In this document: positions 38,917 through 40,919 of the stretch, piece by piece | Layout: every line of letters begins with the position of its first letter | How positions within the stretch are numbered: the first letter of the stretch is position 1 | Assembly: GCA_029246845.1 (NCBI GenBank) | Contig: JAQWMJ010000039.1 | Span: 1-40,919, forward strand | From: Thermodesulfobacteriota bacterium | GTDB taxonomy: Bacteria; Desulfobacterota_D; UBA1144 | Length of the DNA stretch: 40,919 bases | Direction of reading: 5' to 3' | The notes under the pieces: generated by a model | What the model was told of the DNA's origin: nothing | Seen by the model: only the letters and a program-made list of their open reading frames with translations | The model's database searches: none | Position numbers and translations under genes: made by a program

Positions 38917-39081
38917 CTAGGCTTTTTTTGATTCTTCATATTTCTCAATAGAGCTATATCTGTGGGTAACTTTTAATTCTCCAGATTTTTTGTCTTTAGA
39001 AAGTCCAGGCAAATTAACTTTAGTATTATTTCTTCTTTTACCTACTTTTGATTTTGATGTTTTTCTTTTGGGTGTAGCCAT
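38917..39081 (-). CDS. rpmF: 50S ribosomal protein L32, cysteine-free type (54 aa)
   Basis: Hand translation MATPKRKTSKSKVGKRRNNTKVNLPGLSKDKKSGELKVTHRYSSIEKYEESKKA. AAGGA SD and canonical position ahead of the fab genes. Not in the ORF track. Confidence 0.9.
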   Translation of the reverse strand: MATPKRKTSKSKVGKRRNNTKVNLPGLSKDKKSGELKVTHRYSSIEKYEESKKA

Positions 39082-39102
39082 TTTTTATCCTTTTTACCGA
39101 GT

Positions 39103-39130
39103 ATTATATGACATAAATACTATTTTACAA
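39103..39130 (-). promoter_or_regulatory. Putative rpmF-fab operon promoter
   Basis: TTGTAA (39130-39125), 16 nt spacer, TATAAT (39108-39103). Confidence 0.55.
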
Positions 39131-40655
39131 CTTCCAATATTTTTTTTGTTGCTTTATGAATGGGATTTGCAAAAACTTCACTTGTTTTACCGTCCTCTAC
39201 AATCTCTCCATCCGATAAGACCATTACACGATTACATAAAGCCTGAATAAGTCTATAATCATGGGTTATAAATAATATGGTTATATTACCCTCTAAATAT
39301 AGGGATTTAATGATTTTAATAATTTCATTCTGAGAATTAATATCTAACGAAGACATTGGCTCATCAAAAATAATCAACTTGGGATTAGCAAGAAGAGCCT
39401 TTAATATTAAAACTTTTTGTCTTTGTCCCCCGCTCAATGAACTTGGATATCTATTTAAAATGTTTATATTTAATCCCACCTTTTTCAAATAAATAGAAAT
39501 TTTAAACTCGAAATCTGCTATTTTTGATGAAGTCTTTTGAGTAGAACCTGGAATAGCGGAATTCTTATTAACCAGGAATGAGTCAAGTAAAATATTAAGA
39601 ATTTTTCTTTTTGGATTAAGAGAACCATATAAATCTTGAAATACTATCTGAACGAGGGAGGCATAAGATTTAGTGCTATATTGACTAATGTCTTTTCCAA
39701 ACAAAAAACAAGAGCCGTTTTCTGCTTCATAAAGTTTCATCAAAACTTTTGTAATCGTACTCTTACCTGAGCCACTTAATCCAATGAGACCTAAAACCTC
39801 TCCTTGATTTATTTTAAAATTTACATTTTTCAATATGTTTTCATTTTTTGAAAAACCAAAGCTAAGATTCTTTACTTCAACTACTTCTGTCGAATCATTT
39901 TGTGGAGAAAGCGGTAATGAGGAGTGATTAATTTTATGACCAGAAAGCACATGAAAACTCTCAAAATCCATAGGTTTGATTAAGTTTAATTTATTATTTT
40001 TAATAAAATAATGTTCTGAGCAATAACTCTTGGCTATTCTAGAATCATGTGTAATGAGAATTATTGTAAGGTGTCTAGTCTTAGAAATCTTACTTAATAA
40101 GTCTAATATTATTTTCTCATTAACTGCATCAAGAGAAGAAGTTGCCTCGTCGGCAATTAATATTTTAGGATTATTTTGTAAAGCTAGGGCAATCAATACT
40201 CTTTGAGCCATACCACCGCTTAATTCATGAGGGAACATTGATAAAATATAATTTGGATTTGTAAAACCCACTTCAGCTAGGAGCCTTAAGGACTCTTTCG
40301 TTACATCAAAAGCACCAGAATTCTCTCTTTGATTTAGATCGAAGTGCTTAAAAATTGATATGACAGGGTTCAAAGAAGAAAGTGGTTCTTGTGGAACATA
40401 GGAAAAATGTTCAATAGGAACATCTGCAACAACATTATTACCACATTTGAATATATTATAATCTTTCGTAGCTCCATATAGCTCCTCCTTGGATAGCAAA
40501 CTAAAACCAAATAAAGATTTTCCCACGCCACTCTCACCCATGATTGAAACCATAGTAGGTTTAGTAATTTCAAAATCTACGTTTTTAAGAATTGGATTTG
40601 TGAGATCAGGACCTAGAAAAATATTCATTGACTTGATTTTAATTACATTATCCAT
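39120..40655 (-). CDS. Peptide/nickel-type ABC transporter ATP-binding protein with two fused NBDs
   Basis: Walker A GESGVGKS and GLSGSGKS, signatures FPHELSGGMAQR and YPSSLSGGQRQK, Walker B IADE and IFDE, and ITHD twice. Confidence 0.9.
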   Translation of the reverse strand: MDNVIKIKSMNIFLGPDLTNPILKNVDFEITKPTMVSIMGESGVGKSLFGFSLLSKEELYGATKDYNIFKCGNNVVADVPIEHFSYVPQEPLSSLNPVISIFKHFDLNQRENSGAFDVTKESLRLLAEVGFTNPNYILSMFPHELSGGMAQRVLIALALQNNPKILIADEATSSLDAVNEKIILDLLSKISKTRHLTIILITHDSRIAKSYCSEHYFIKNNKLNLIKPMDFESFHVLSGHKINHSSLPLSPQNDSTEVVEVKNLSFGFSKNENILKNVNFKINQGEVLGLIGLSGSGKSTITKVLMKLYEAENGSCFLFGKDISQYSTKSYASLVQIVFQDLYGSLNPKRKILNILLDSFLVNKNSAIPGSTQKTSSKIADFEFKISIYLKKVGLNINILNRYPSSLSGGQRQKVLILKALLANPKLIIFDEPMSSLDINSQNEIIKIIKSLYLEGNITILFITHDYRLIQALCNRVMVLSDGEIVEDGKTSEVFANPIHKATKKILEVVK

Positions 40656-40694
40656 ATTTATATGGTTAGTTTAGTCGAATTACAATTAAAAGTG

Positions 40695-40700
40695 TATAAT
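40695..40700 (+). promoter_or_regulatory. Putative -10 element, leaderless-type
   Basis: TATAAT 6 nt before ATG 40707. No SD. Confidence 0.5.
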
Positions 40701-40706
40701 TCTTTT

Positions 40707-40919
40707 ATGGAAAATATGTTAAAAAAAATTATTATGATCTCATTAGGGGGCCTTATTCTTTATATATCAATTGTTTTCATAATAAACAACAAAGAAGCCA
40801 AGCAGCTTCAAAATAACAATATTGTTAATTCTGCCATCAACAATAAGGTCTTTAAGGATAAAGTAAAAATTGTTAAATTAATTGAATCTATTGATCCATC
40901 TTATAGCTCTTCAATCTCT
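40707..40919 (+). CDS. Partial hypothetical protein with N-terminal membrane anchor/signal
   Basis: Open frame to the window end: MENMLKKIIMISLGGLILYISIVFIINNKEAKQ... (basic residues, then a hydrophobic stretch). Confidence 0.65.
   Translation, partial: MENMLKKIIMISLGGLILYISIVFIINNKEAKQLQNNNIVNSAINNKVFKDKVKIVKLIESIDPSYSSSIS

Noticed and set aside
257..40674. Many antisense or alternate-frame ORFs in the track (e.g. 257-487, 1876-2286, 20135-20509, 28918-29295, 38990-39250)
   Set aside because: They lie wholly or mostly over well-supported conserved genes, have no recognisable motifs, and are typical shadow ORFs.
1..40919. CRISPR arrays, IS elements, prophage or an alternative genetic code
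   Set aside because: No repeat-spacer arrays, transposases, integrases or phage genes were seen. Conserved genes translate at full length in the standard code, with TAA, TAG and TGA all used as stops.

Overview
A gene-dense, AT-rich (roughly 30-33% GC by eye, not computed) bacterial core-genome window with almost no intergenic DNA. Gene order (fabF-rpiB, mnmA-mtaB) and RpoB/MnmA features look deltaproteobacteria-like. The extreme compaction suggests a streamlined marine lineage such as pelagic Dadabacteria, but this is inference only. Contents: the str/S10 cluster (rpsL-rpsG-fusA-tuf-rpsJ'), purD, glmS, glmU, ssb, a CoA-type Nudix hydrolase, rpoZ, hisE, era, aspS, mtaB, mnmA, purL, purF, and a ~17.5 kb same-strand run rpmF-fabD-fabG-acpP-fabF-rpiB-secE-nusG-rplK-rplA-rplJ-rplL-rpoB-rpoC-valS, followed by an orphan double-NBD ABC ATPase. 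Four genes absent from the ORF track were read by hand: partial rpsJ, secE, rpmF and a partial membrane-anchored ORF at the right edge. No tRNA, rRNA, CRISPR or mobile element was seen. The best candidate for an undescribed system is the accessory block at 10.6-12.8 kb. It holds two tandem FmdB-type zinc-ribbon genes, each split at the same site by a homologous 74-residue segment (basic in one paralogue, acidic in the other, so possibly a heterodimer). They are transcribed divergently from an ScpB-like crotonase across a palindromic promoter. Other notable signals: repeated leaderless-promoter architecture, EF-Tu carrying both G257S and A375S, a near-consensus internal rplL promoter with no room for the L10 leader, and metal-ligand-poor forms of PurF, ValRS and L32.
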